Of a stretch of DNA of 64,000 nucleotides, positions 24,481-35,453 are shown piece after piece (within the stretch, counting starts at the first letter, position 1; the number at the start of each line of letters is the position of its first letter). Source of the stretch: Eledone cirrhosa (lineage: Eukaryota); contig OZ024743.1 in the NCBI GenBank assembly GCA_964016885.1, positions 112,654,001-112,718,000 of the forward strand, read 5' to 3'. The notes beneath the pieces are model-generated. The model was not told the origin of the DNA. It did not search any database and worked only from the letters and a program-made list of their open reading frames with translations. The position numbers were made by a program, and so were the translations under genes.

Positions 24481-26256
24481 AAACACAAAATCACTGGCTC
24501 TACTGTTGGCCCTCTAATTGATGAAAATGGCACTCTTCAAGACAATGCTAAAACCATGGGTGAGATACTGCAGAAACAATACTGCTCTGTTTTCAGCAAT
24601 CCTGATATGGCCGATCTGGGCTGTATCGGCGATGTTACTCCCCATTACACCTTATCGGACATAACGTTTGGCGCCCCTGATGTCTTAGCGGCAATAAAGG
24701 AAATCAAGCATAATTCAGCAGTAGGTCCCGATAGGTTCCCTGCTTGTGTCTTGAAGGCGTCTCAACACCAACTTGCATCTCCTCTTGCCAATCTGTGGCG
24801 GAACTCACTGGATGCTGGATATGTGCCAGAAAACCTTCTATCCCAGTCTGTTGTCCCAGTTTTCAAAAAGGGAAACAAATCCCTTGCCGTGAATTACCGT
24901 CCAATCTCACTCACCTCTCATATCATTAAGGTATTTGAGAGAGTGGTGAGATCGCGAATGACCCACTTCCTTGAGAGTAACAATATGCTGAACTCCAACC
25001 AGCATGGATTCCGTAATGGAAGGGATTGCCTGACGCAGCTACTGCATCACTTTGATGACATTTTGAGAGCCTTGGGAGAGGGTTCCAACACTGATGTTAT
25101 CTACCTTGATTTCAGCAAGGCCTTTGACAGGGTTGATCATAACATTCTAGTGAGAAAGCTGTCCAATATTGGTGTCACTGGAAAGCTGCTGCAGTGGATC
25201 AAGAGCTTCCTGTCAAACAGAACCCAACATGTTGTAGTTGAAGGAGTCAAATCCAGCCCAGCCAAAGTCAGTAGTGGGGTCCCACAAGGCACTGTGTTGG
25301 GCCCACTTCTCTTCATCATCTATATTAATGACATCACTGACATCATCAAACACAGCAACATTAAAATTTTCGCTGATGATTCCAAGCTCCAAAAGGTCAT
25401 CAATGGCGTGGATGACCGGATAAGCCTTCAGTCAGACCTACTGGCTGTTACCCAATGGGCGGAAAAGAACAACATGTTACTGAACGAAGACAAATTCGAA
25501 CTGATCCACTTTGGAAAAGAGGATGCTCTGAAACTCCCGTACTCCCTTCCCTCCGGGGAAACTCTCGTGGCATCTAACAACATCAGAGACTTGGGAGTAA
25601 CCGTGGACAGCAACATAAGCTGGACCACGCATATAAGCAGCAAAGTTGACATGGCCCGCAGAATGTGTTCCTGGATCCTCAGAACCTTCCAGTCGAGAGA
25701 TTCCCACACCATTATCCTTCTCTTCTCTACTTTTGCCCGACCACACCTTGAATACTGTTGTCCACTGTGGTCTCCCCACACGAAACAAAGTATCATGAAA
25801 CTTGAAGCTCCTCAAAGGGCAATCACGAAAAAGATAGATGGCATGTCAGACCTTGACTACTGGGGTCGATTAGAAAAGCTGAAACTTTACTCACTCCAAC
25901 GTCGCCGTGAGCGTTATATTATCTGCATGATGTGGAAAATGTTCCATCATCACTGCCCAAATGATGTTGGCATCGCCTTCAAGATACACCCAAGGCTTGG
26001 GCCCCGTGCTATCCGTCCCATTCAAAAATCTAAATCGCAACACATAATAACAATACGGCACAATTATTTCACCTCAATCGGCCCTGCTCTCTTCAACATC
26101 ACACCAGGACACGTCAAAACAGAAACTGACCACACAAAATTCAAGAAGTCTTTGGACAAATTCCTCCAAGTAATCCCGGACAAACCACCCACACCCGGAT
26201 ATGTCTCCGCAAACAGTAATTCTCTTCTCGAATGGGCCATGGTGCCCAAATCCTGA
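24481..26256 (+). CDS. LINE ORF2 C-terminal part: reverse transcriptase; joined to the APE part if one A is removed from the A8 run at 24476-24483
   Basis: NYRPISLTS, QHGFR, YLDFSKAFD, GVPQGTVLGPLLFIIYIND, FADDSKL, RDLGV, LEYCCPLWSP, LYSLQRRRERY. Confidence 0.95.
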   Translation, partial: KHKITGSTVGPLIDENGTLQDNAKTMGEILQKQYCSVFSNPDMADLGCIGDVTPHYTLSDITFGAPDVLAAIKEIKHNSAVGPDRFPACVLKASQHQLASPLANLWRNSLDAGYVPENLLSQSVVPVFKKGNKSLAVNYRPISLTSHIIKVFERVVRSRMTHFLESNNMLNSNQHGFRNGRDCLTQLLHHFDDILRALGEGSNTDVIYLDFSKAFDRVDHNILVRKLSNIGVTGKLLQWIKSFLSNRTQHVVVEGVKSSPAKVSSGVPQGTVLGPLLFIIYINDITDIIKHSNIKIFADDSKLQKVINGVDDRISLQSDLLAVTQWAEKNNMLLNEDKFELIHFGKEDALKLPYSLPSGETLVASNNIRDLGVTVDSNISWTTHISSKVDMARRMCSWILRTFQSRDSHTIILLFSTFARPHLEYCCPLWSPHTKQSIMKLEAPQRAITKKIDGMSDLDYWGRLEKLKLYSLQRRRERYIICMMWKMFHHHCPNDVGIAFKIHPRLGPRAIRPIQKSKSQHIITIRHNYFTSIGPALFNITPGHVKTETDHTKFKKSLDKFLQVIPDKPPTPGYVSANSNSLLEWAMVPKS

Positions 26257-26331
26257 ATTGAAAGACTTCGCCAGGTGGTGCTATTAAGTTAGACATGGCC
26301 TGGGCCAATACTGGCCAAAACATTTCAAAGT

Positions 26332-26412
<81 letters not shown>

Positions 26413-26934
26413 GGAACCAGTAAGACCCCGACAGCTGAGCTCAAGCCGTTTCGACGGCTAATTCTGGACTAAATGAAAATTTATCCTGGTATTTAAATAG
26501 CCGATCTTCTCAAGGGGTAATTCCATATATGGTCAAAGTGATTGTCAAAAATCAGTAGTAATTCTGTGGTTGCAAATTAGTAGGGGAGATGGTGGCTAAA
26601 CCAGCCAGTAGGAGAAAGAGGGGAGGGGGTGGAGTAGCCCCAATCAAGCGTTTGTAGTGCCAGCTACAGCTGGGCATGAGGTCAAAGAAGATACAAGGGA
26701 GGGGGAGGGGGAGGAAGTCGGAACGGTAGGTGGAACAATGGGGGTAGAAATATATAGGAAAGAGAGTGAAGAAAAGCAAATAAGTGTAAAGAAAAACAAA
26801 TGAGTGTAAAGAAAAAAGTAAAGTAAATTAAATTCTACGACCTAGGTCTCTAGCTATTGTTAGTCTGGAATAAATAAATAAATAAAGAAAGAAAGAAGTA
26901 AAGAAAGAAATAAAGAAATAACGAAATAAGTAAT

Positions 26935-28701
26935 ATTATTAGCAGCCTAAACTCCACCTATAAAAAGGCCAACCACTCTTGCATCGAGGACATAAATCGA
27001 GATGGACAACAAATCACCTCCAGCCTCGGGGTCGCCGACCGCACGGAACCTCTAGACCCACGGACACCATACTTCACACTGAAGGACCATAAATCCGATT
27101 TTGACCGTAAACCCTCTATCAGGCTTATTAACCCAACGAAGTCCGACATAGGGAGAATCAGCAAAAAAATCCTAGACCGCGTGATACCAAAAGTCAAGCA
27201 ACACACCCGACTTAGCCTATGGATCAACACCCAGGAAGTAATCTCCTGGTTCAGCAATATGGAGGATAAACGAGAAACTAAATTCATACAGTTCGACATA
27301 GAGAGCTACTATGCTTCAATCACCTTACCGCTACTTACTGCCGCCTTGGACTTCGCCAAAACACTTGTGCCCATCACCGACCAGGAAAGAAAAATCATCC
27401 TCCACGCCAGGAAGACAGTCTTACTCTTTGACGACTCTAAATGGATAAAAAGAGCTCCCGACTCACCCTTCGACGTCAGCATGGGCGCCACGGATTCGGC
27501 GGAGGTCACAGATCTTATAGGATTATTCCTAATAGCCAAACTCACTGATATGTTTCCTGCATTCGGTGGTGGATTGTACCGTGATGATGGGCTCCTTACC
27601 CTTAAAGGGTACAACCCCAGTAGTACAGATCGGGACCGGAAACAATTAACCAGATTCTTCCGCGACTGGGGATTTAAAATAACCATACAAACGTCCCTGA
27701 CCAGAGTAAACTTCCTGGACGTGACCCTCGACCTCGAAAACGACCTGTACTACCCATACAGGAAACCTAATGACAATCTGCACTACATCCACCGCCGATC
27801 AAACCATCCTAGGAACATCACAAACAACCTGGTCAAAAACATCTCCCTCCGCATATCCCGTTTGTCAGCTAATGAGCGGATATTCGATGAACATGCGCCT
27901 TATTACAACCAGGCCCTCAAGCGGAGTGGTTTCCGGGAGGAAATATCCTACTGTCCAGCTCCCATTAGCGGAACCAGCAGGAGACACCGCCGCTCACGCA
28001 ATGTAACATGGTTCAATCCTCCCCACAACGCAGAGGTGACAACTCCCATCGGGAAACTATTCTTTAGGCTCATTGAAAAACACTTCCCATTACAACACCG
28101 CTACCACAACATAATTAACAAAAATACCATCAAACTCTCTTACAGCACTACACCAAACTTCGCACAAAACATCGTCTCCTCTAACAACAAAAAACTCAAC
28201 CCCGATGGCAGAAATAACCTAAATAGCAGTGGAGAACCGACCAGGAGGTGTAACTGCCCGGATAGATCTATCTGCCCACTCGACAATAGATGCAGAGACC
28301 GTAATGTGATCTACCAGTGCAACGTGAGGACGGATACCTCCAACAAAGCCTATATAGGACTTACCGCATGTGACTTCAAGACCCGGCTATACCAACATAG
28401 ACATACCTTCCGAAACCCGGCCCGGCGTCACGCTACTACACTCTCGGGCCACATATGGGACCTCAAGGACAACAACATCACCTATGATCTCACTTGGAGA
28501 TTACTGTCCAGAGCCAATTCTTACACGGGAGGACGCCGTCCGTGCAATTTATGCTCGGAGGAAACTTTACAAATGCTGTTTTCGACGGACCAACACCTAA
28601 ACAAGAAAGATGAACTGGTTACTACATGTAAACATAGATTGCGTAGGACTTACCTCGCCCTCAAACCCCATAATGACCCGGGGGGTAGACTAGGGCTATA
28701 A
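26935..28701 (+). CDS. PLE RT plus C-terminal GIY-YIG endonuclease, uninterrupted, 5'-truncated
   Basis: FTLKDHK..RLINPTKS, QFDIESYY, DVSMGATD, GLYRDDGL, VNFLDV, WFNPP, CNC..CPL..C, VIYQC...AYIGLT, CNLCSEE, LNKKDELVTTCKH. Clade assignment is from remembered motifs and is less certain than the PLE call. Confidence 0.93.
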   Translation: MISSLNSTYKKANHSCIEDINRDGQQITSSLGVADRTEPLDPRTPYFTLKDHKSDFDRKPSIRLINPTKSDIGRISKKILDRVIPKVKQHTRLSLWINTQEVISWFSNMEDKRETKFIQFDIESYYASITLPLLTAALDFAKTLVPITDQERKIILHARKTVLLFDDSKWIKRAPDSPFDVSMGATDSAEVTDLIGLFLIAKLTDMFPAFGGGLYRDDGLLTLKGYNPSSTDRDRKQLTRFFRDWGFKITIQTSLTRVNFLDVTLDLENDLYYPYRKPNDNLHYIHRRSNHPRNITNNLVKNISLRISRLSANERIFDEHAPYYNQALKRSGFREEISYCPAPISGTSRRHRRSRNVTWFNPPHNAEVTTPIGKLFFRLIEKHFPLQHRYHNIINKNTIKLSYSTTPNFAQNIVSSNNKKLNPDGRNNLNSSGEPTRRCNCPDRSICPLDNRCRDRNVIYQCNVRTDTSNKAYIGLTACDFKTRLYQHRHTFRNPARRHATTLSGHIWDLKDNNITYDLTWRLLSRANSYTGGRRPCNLCSEETLQMLFSTDQHLNKKDELVTTCKHRLRRTYLALKPHNDPGGRLGL

Positions 28702-29816
28702 CACCCCACTTGCTGACTTTGCAATGGGTACCCCCTGCTTGCCAAGGGAGACGTAAGATCTTCTTTGTATTCTTTTATCGCTTCCTTTATTTCCTTCCTT
28801 CCCCCCTCTCTCCTTAGTCCTTCTACCCCAGCTCTTCTCCTTTGTCGACGTCTTTTCTCGCCCACCCGAGGCTGCCCTTTGGCCCCTTGTAGCCTTAGTA
28901 CCCCTACCCCCTCCCCTAGTCTAGGATAGATTTGGCGGACTCCGCCCTTTATAGCAGTTGGTTTAGACCCCGGATACTTGTCCCCTTTTTCCGACCGCTC
29001 CCACTATTCTCTGTGCCCTCTATATTTCTTAGTGGCACTTATGCCTTATTTTTTCGTTTCAGTATTTCTTTCTTCGCTTTTCTTTTGGGCGGGCTGGATT
29101 CTGAATTTATTCTTCCGTATTCTACCTTTACTTCGTACGAACTTTCATGTAGCTTGTTTTAGATCTTTTAGAGTTAGCATTAGTATATATTTTTCTCGGG
29201 ACTCAGAATTATTATCTCGTATTAGTTCACTTTGCTGCACTGGGTGGTGGCTGGAATTGTACCCGGGATGGAAACCTTTATTGTCTATTTCGTGGTAGTC
29301 TCTTTAGTATTTTGGCCCCTTTTGTTGACCCGTCACCGTATCATTTACGTACTTATACCTCTTAAAAGGGTCCTCGCCTAATCCGTCCCACCTAGTTCTT
29401 TTACTTATTTCGTTATTTCTTTATTTCTTTCTTTACTTCTTTCTTTCTTTATTTATTTATTTATTCCAGACTAACAATAGCTAGAGACCTAGGTCGTAGA
29501 ATTTAATTTACTTTACTTTTTTCTTTACACTCATTTGTTTTTCTTTACACTTATTTGCTTTTCTTCACTCTCTTTCCTATATATTTCTACCCCCCATTGT
29601 TCTACCTACCGTTCCGACTTCCTCCCCCTCCCCCTCCCTTGTATCTTCTTTGACCTCATGCCCAGCTGTAGCTGGCACTACAAACGCTTGATTGGGGCTA
29701 CTCCACCCCCTCCCCTCTTTCTCCTACTGGCTGGTTTAGCCACCATCTCCCCTACTAATTTGCAACCACAGAATTACTACTGATTTTTGACAATCACTTT
29801 GACCATATATGGAATT

Positions 29817-29910
29817 ACCCCTTGAGAAGATCGGCTATTTAAATACCAGGATAAATTTTCATTTAGTCCAGAATTAGCCGTCGAAACGGCTTGAGCTCAG
29901 CTGTCGGGGT
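29817..29910 (+). ncRNA. Type I hammerhead with variant U3-A8 core
   Basis: Stem I ACCCC/GGGGT; core TTGAGAA; stem II GA(T)CGGCTA/TAGCCGTC with inner GGATAAAT/ATTTAGTCC hairpin; GAAA; stem III ACGGC/GCTGT around palindromic TGAGCTCA; GUC at 29903-29905. A mirror copy lies in the inverted arm. Confidence 0.8.
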
Positions 29911-30001
29911 CTTACTGGTTCCTATTATCCACTCTACTACCTCAAGTATTGAGTACTTTGGTGCGTTATGGTCCACCTGGTTCCTTACCACATTTCCTTC
30001 G

Positions 30002-30080
<79 letters not shown>

Positions 30081-30105
30081 CATATATATATATACATATA
30101 TATAC

Positions 30106-30164
<59 letters not shown>

Positions 30165-30185
30165 TATATACATATATATATATGT

Positions 30186-30247
30186 ATATGTATATATATG
30201 TATATGTGTGTGTCTGTTCGTTTTAATGTAATCCATTAAAAATGGAT
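30186..30247 (-). mobile_element. Partner inverted arm of the element at 19013-19176
   Basis: Exact reverse complement of the arm beginning at 19115. Confidence 0.8.
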
Positions 30248-30487
30248 GTATATTATAAATAAATGTATATGTGTGTGCGTGTTCGTATTTGGGTGTATTA
30301 TGTATATATATATATATTTGTATGCATGCATGTAAGTTTGTTTATTTTTATTTAAGTGTCGATGATTTTTCGTATAAGAATACCGTATAAGAATACTTCT
30401 TTAACGCACCCACAGACACACACACATATATGCGTGTGTGTCTGTGGGTGCGTTAGAGAAGGAGAGAATGTGTATATGTGGGTGTGT

Positions 30488-30555
<68 letters not shown>

Positions 30556-30695
30556 TTCACGCAATATATTACGTTAAGAATTTGGCCGTCAGGAAAATAA
30601 AGATTCCTAGGAAAGAAACTTTGCAATTTTTGTATTATAGAACAATTATAGATTCCTTTAGGCAACACAACACACACAGACACACAAACACACAC

Positions 30696-30794
<99 letters not shown>

Positions 30795-30927
30795 CATATA
30801 TATACATTTACATATATATATATATATTTTACGTAGACAACGAAGCACATATGTGCACAAGCACACCAAAATTGTTTGAGTATGCAGGCGTTCTTTGATT
30901 TCTTTTATCTATATATATACATACATA

Positions 30928-30994
<67 letters not shown>

Positions 30995-31435
30995 ATAAAT
31001 GCCCGTTCCTATTATTTTACGTTGTTGTTGTGTGTCAGCTTACAATATTAATGTTATTTTTGTTTGATTTGTAATACGTTGTCATACACAGAGGCAGACA
31101 CACACACATCACCCACACATATATACACGCACACACACACATATATATATATATATGTGCATACATACATGCATACATACATCCATACATACTTAGATAA
31201 TTACACACGTGCATATATATGTGTGCGCGTGTGTTTTGTGTGTATGTGTGCATGTGTATCTGTATATATAACCTAACGGTCCAACTCCCAAAGCGAATGT
31301 CGATCAGAAACTTTCTACATTGTGTGCAGATGTGGTGAGTGTTGTTAGATTGTGTGAGTAGCTGTGTAGATGTGGTGCATGATGGATTTATATATATATA
31401 TATATCGGGAATTTTATATTCTCCGAGGGAGAAGA

Positions 31436-31517
31436 GCCCTCTGAAGATTGCTCCATTCTCAATGGAAATCCGCTTGGATTATCCGTTTATTCTGGAGCAT
31501 GAAACCGCGGTAAAGGC
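31436..31517 (+). ncRNA. Type I hammerhead with extended stem II in a solo ~185-bp insert (31406-31590) between TA repeats
   Basis: GCCCT/AAGGC; CTGAAGA; TGCTCCA/TGGAGCA with inner AATGGA-AATCC/GGATT-TCCGTT; GAAA; palindrome CCGCGG; GUA triplet. Confidence 0.8.
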
Positions 31518-31670
31518 ACATATAGTAAGTACTGCGAATTTTTTAAAATTTATTTTAAAACATTTTCTCTGTTTGCTAGACCTTGATTTTATATATATAC
31601 ATATATATATGTGTGTGTGTGTGTACATATATATGTGTATATATATATATATATATATTATTATTATTTT

Positions 31671-32155
31671 TTATTATACTTGGGGAGGGTCATATTGTTG
31701 TAATAATATTAGCAGAAATATTAACAGAATCACACTCAGTTAGGTTGGTTTTCGAACAGCATCTTTTATATCTCAAAGTTAATTCATTTGGCCATCAATG
31801 TTTATTATTGACTGACCAACGGTCAAAAATACAGATATAAATATAAATGGCGTAAACACAACACAATAGGAGGAAATATGATAATAGTACCACTGATGAT
31901 GTTACCGATATGCGACGAGAGAACTTTGTTAGACTATATATAAAAAATTTTTATCTGTATTTTTGACCGTTGGGCAGTCATTGATAAACACAAAAGAAAG
32001 AATGAAGAGTTCCTTCTACTGACATGGCTATAAAAATGAGGCTTATTTGCATAATTTCAAATGAATCGAATGTTATTATTAATATTCGAAAAACTCAGAT
32101 TACATTTATATATATAAATATGTATATGAATATATATATATATATATGTATATAT

Positions 32156-32241
<86 letters not shown>

Positions 32242-32652
32242 CGGCGATGAATAAGTTTTGCGGACACATATCACGAACACACGTCAAACAAAACACTATA
32301 CACACACGCAAACGAATGCGCAAAGAAGACAAAATAAATAAACAAATGAATAAATATATAAACAGACTAAATAAAGATGGCGTAAAAAATACAATGCAAC
32401 GGGAGGAAACAATAGCACCACTGACGATGTTGCAGATGTGCAACGAAAGAACTTTGATAAACGATATATATGTGTTTGTGTCTATATTGTATCTGTATTA
32501 TTTTTGACTGTTGGTCAGTCAATGGCAACATTGAGGACCGAATAAATTAGATTACAGATATAAAAGACACAGAAGCGAAAACCAATCAAACAGTGAGTGT
32601 GTTCTGTTATTAATTCTGGCAATATTACACAAATATGACCCTCCCCAAGTAT

Positions 32653-32658
<6 letters not shown>
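31671..32658 (+). mobile_element. Older Nematis-related pLTR cluster: inverted arm plus two direct pLTR pieces
   Basis: Ends ATGACCCTCCCCAAGTATAACAAT as at 5354-5377; hammerhead remnants near 31890-31930 and at 32418-32457 (CTGACGA-T-GTTGCA/TGCAAC-GAAA). Confidence 0.75.
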
Positions 32659-32739
<81 letters not shown>

Positions 32740-32740
<1 letters not shown>

Positions 32741-32934
32741 GAAAAAGTATGACCCCGACGGCAGAGCTCAAGCCGTTTCGACGGCTATTTCTGGACGTCC
32801 AGAAATAGCCGTCGAAACGGCTTGAGCTCTGCCGTCGGGGTCATACTTTTTCCTATTTCCCACACTACTACCCTTAGTATTGAGTACTCTGGTGCGTTAT
32901 GGTCCATCTGGTTCCTTACCACAATTCCTTTGTT
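32740..32934 (+). mobile_element. Family A mini-PLE insertion
   Basis: Perfect ~113-bp palindrome centred on GGACGTCC, plus tail. Confidence 0.9.
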
Positions 32935-32952
32935 ATATATATATATATATAT

Positions 32953-34362
32953 ACCAGATAGAAAAATGCGTACAGCAAAAAAAAGTAATATTGTTGGAAT
33001 ATAAACCTTTAAAAATACAGGACAAGAAACTAAAATAAAACTTTAAAAGAATAGGACAAGAAACTAAGATAAAACTTTAAAGAATTGGACAAGAAATAAA
33101 AAAATTTACAATAATATTAGTGGCAAAATTTTTATTGGTAAAAAATCGAGTTCCACATTCATAGGCTCTGGGTCCCACATTCAGAGGTCGTCGTCAGACG
33201 TGGAGGATGATTTGATCCTGGTTTGAACACCAATTGGGCCATAACCATACCCTTATTTCATCATTCGGCGACACGCCTCATGTGTCATGCATAATGTGAA
33301 TGGACCCATGGGCCCATGAGCACAGATCTTGAGCAGCAGCGGACGGTCTTGTCGTCCCGCTCATCCTTGATCTTGACCAACCCGTCCATCTTCTCCTTGC
33401 ATCTTGTCCTTGATTTCAAGTCCGGCAGTCCAGATGAATGCGTGCCACAGCTTTCTGGTACAGGAAGGGGGAGCAGGAGGACTGGAGGGATGACGGGATA
33501 GAGGGAGGGGGGACCGGTGGTTGAGGGAGGAGCCGTAGTCGGTGGTCAGAGTCGACATCTTGTCCCGGTCGTCTTCTCCATCTTCGTCTGGTGCTGCGGG
33601 ACCAGAAGTGCATTCTTGGAGGAGACCTGCAGCTGCATCGGCCAATTCTTCTTGCAATGGTCATTCTGACGGAGCAGAACTGCTCAGCCAACCAACACCA
33701 ACCAGAACCAACCGCTCAGGGGCAACGCACAATGAGAGCGTGGCAATTATTATGCACTAATCAAGAAGATACTGGGGCATAGCACAGGAAACGAATAAAA
33801 ACATTTTGCCACTAATATTATTGTAAACTTTTTTATTTCTTGTCCAATTCTTTAAAGTTTTATCTTAGTTTCTTGTCCTGTATTTTTAAAGGTTTATATT
33901 CCAACAATATTACTGTTTTTTGCTGTACGCATTTTTCTATCTGGTCTACTACTTTTTAAGGCAATGCAAGCAACAACTATCTAATAATTAAATGATCATA
34001 GTGAATTACTGACAAGTGATTGACATTTTAAAGTTCTTTTGAGTATAATTGCAATCTAGTTGAGGCAACTGGCTTAATGACAAAGCTACGTCATTTCTGG
34101 ATTACCTCCCCTAGCGTCACGCTTACTACTCACTCACTTGAACACAAGATTTATCAGCAAACTTTGATTATAAACTTTTTCCCGCTGAACCAAATTTCTA
34201 GATTTTTAAGCCAAAAGATGCGTAATGATCTACTGTTCATGCTCATATAAGTTTTATCTCAGTTAAATAAAGTAGAGCCGCGCTGTACTGTCGTAAACAG
34301 ACGATTGCCAACGAAAACAGGACCACAACAATATTACTAAACGGACTACCGTCCGTTTAGGA
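32953..34362 (+). mobile_element. Unclassified element: ~150-180-bp inverted arms around a GC-rich core, then a ~415-nt tail ending in a hairpin
   Basis: Arms 32953-33136 and 33794-33945; hairpin CTAAACGGAC-TACC-GTCCGTTTAG at 34337-34360; (TA)n flanks. Confidence 0.6.
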
Positions 34363-34423
34363 TATATAAATATATATATATATATATGTATATGAATATG
34401 AATATATATATATATGTATATAT

Positions 34424-34488
<65 letters not shown>

Positions 34489-34489
<1 letters not shown>

Positions 34490-34683
34490 GAAAAATTATG
34501 ACCCCGACGGCAGAGCTCAATCCGTTTCGACGGCTATTTCTAGACGTCCAGAAATAGCCGTCGAAACGGCTTGAGCTCTGCCGTCGGGGGTCATACTTTT
34601 TCCTATTTCCCACTCTACTACCCTTAGTATTGAGTACTCTGGTGCGTTATGATCCATCTGGTTCCTTACCACAATTCCTTTGT

Positions 34684-34684
<1 letters not shown>
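34489..34684 (+). mobile_element. Family A mini-PLE insertion
   Basis: Palindrome centred on GACGTC, plus tail. Confidence 0.9.
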
Positions 34685-34710
<26 letters not shown>

Positions 34711-34715
<5 letters not shown>

Positions 34716-35232
34716 AAAATAACAGGAAGGTGGACTGGTGTAAATCCTTGAAAGGTTTATTATACTATGATCATTTCAATGACCGGGTTAAGTATGAATC
34801 CGGTGACATTATCAGGTAACAAAATATAACAAAGGAATATAATAGATAAAATCCATGGGGCTAAAATTCAGAGACAAGAGGCCGACCGACTATTTAGCAG
34901 CTTCTACCTCACTCGGTCTCTGATTTTCAGCCCCATGGATTTTATCTGTTATATTCCTTTGTTATATTTTTTTTTACTTGATAATGTCACCGGATTTTAA
35001 TTAATCAGGTCATTGAAATGATCATAGTATAATAAACCTTTAAAGGATTTACACCAGTCCAGCCTCCTGTTATTTTATAATAATTAACTCTGTACTCGCA
35101 CCACCAACTACACAAACGAAGAGCGGTGAGTTGCATTACGTTGGGTGCTCTCCATAATATTACATCCAGGCTGACCATACGGAAGAGCCAGTTCTATCTA
35201 TCCAGTGGTGAACCAACAAACCTAAATAAATG
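34711..35232 (+). mobile_element. Inverted-arm-plus-tail PLE end (family D) with hammerhead remnant at 34975-35029
   Basis: Arms 34711-34875 and 34916-35081; TAC-TTGATAA-stem II-GAAA-TGATCA-TA-GTA. Confidence 0.72.
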
Positions 35233-35247
35233 TATATATATGTATAT

Positions 35248-35431
35248 GTCAGGACCCCGACAGCAGAGCTCAAGCCGTTTCGACGGCTATTTCTGGACGA
35301 ACTAGCCGACGAAAAGGCTTGAGCTCTGCCGTCGGGGTCCTGACTTTTTTCCTATTACCCACTCTACTACCCAAAGTATCGAGTACTCTGGTGCGTTATG
35401 GTCCACCTGGTTCCTTACCACACTTCCTTCG
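35248..35431 (+). mobile_element. Family A mini-PLE insertion
   Basis: Same arms and tail as the other copies. Confidence 0.88.
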
Positions 35432-35453
35432 ATATATATATATATATATATTT

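Larger units (their letters stand above)
21686..26335 (+). mobile_element. Apparently full-length two-ORF non-LTR retrotransposon (CR1/L2 group) in (TA)n
   Basis: 5' UTR starting CAGTT, ORF1, APE-RT ORF2, short 3' UTR with a GGCCA-ATAC-TGGCC hairpin, (TA)n on both sides. Confidence 0.92.
26407..30002 (+). mobile_element. 5'-truncated Penelope-like element (Hydra-clade-like) with inverted pLTR; parent of family A minis
   Basis: Inverted arms 26407-26933 and 29401-29928 are nearly identical; unique tail 29929-30002; (TA)n flanks. Confidence 0.93.

Noticed and set aside
29867-29908. Alternative minimal hammerhead with core AGAANTA in family A minis
   Set aside because: The long copy shows the true core TTGAGAA upstream with a 5-bp stem I; the AGAANTA segment is the 3' side of stem II.
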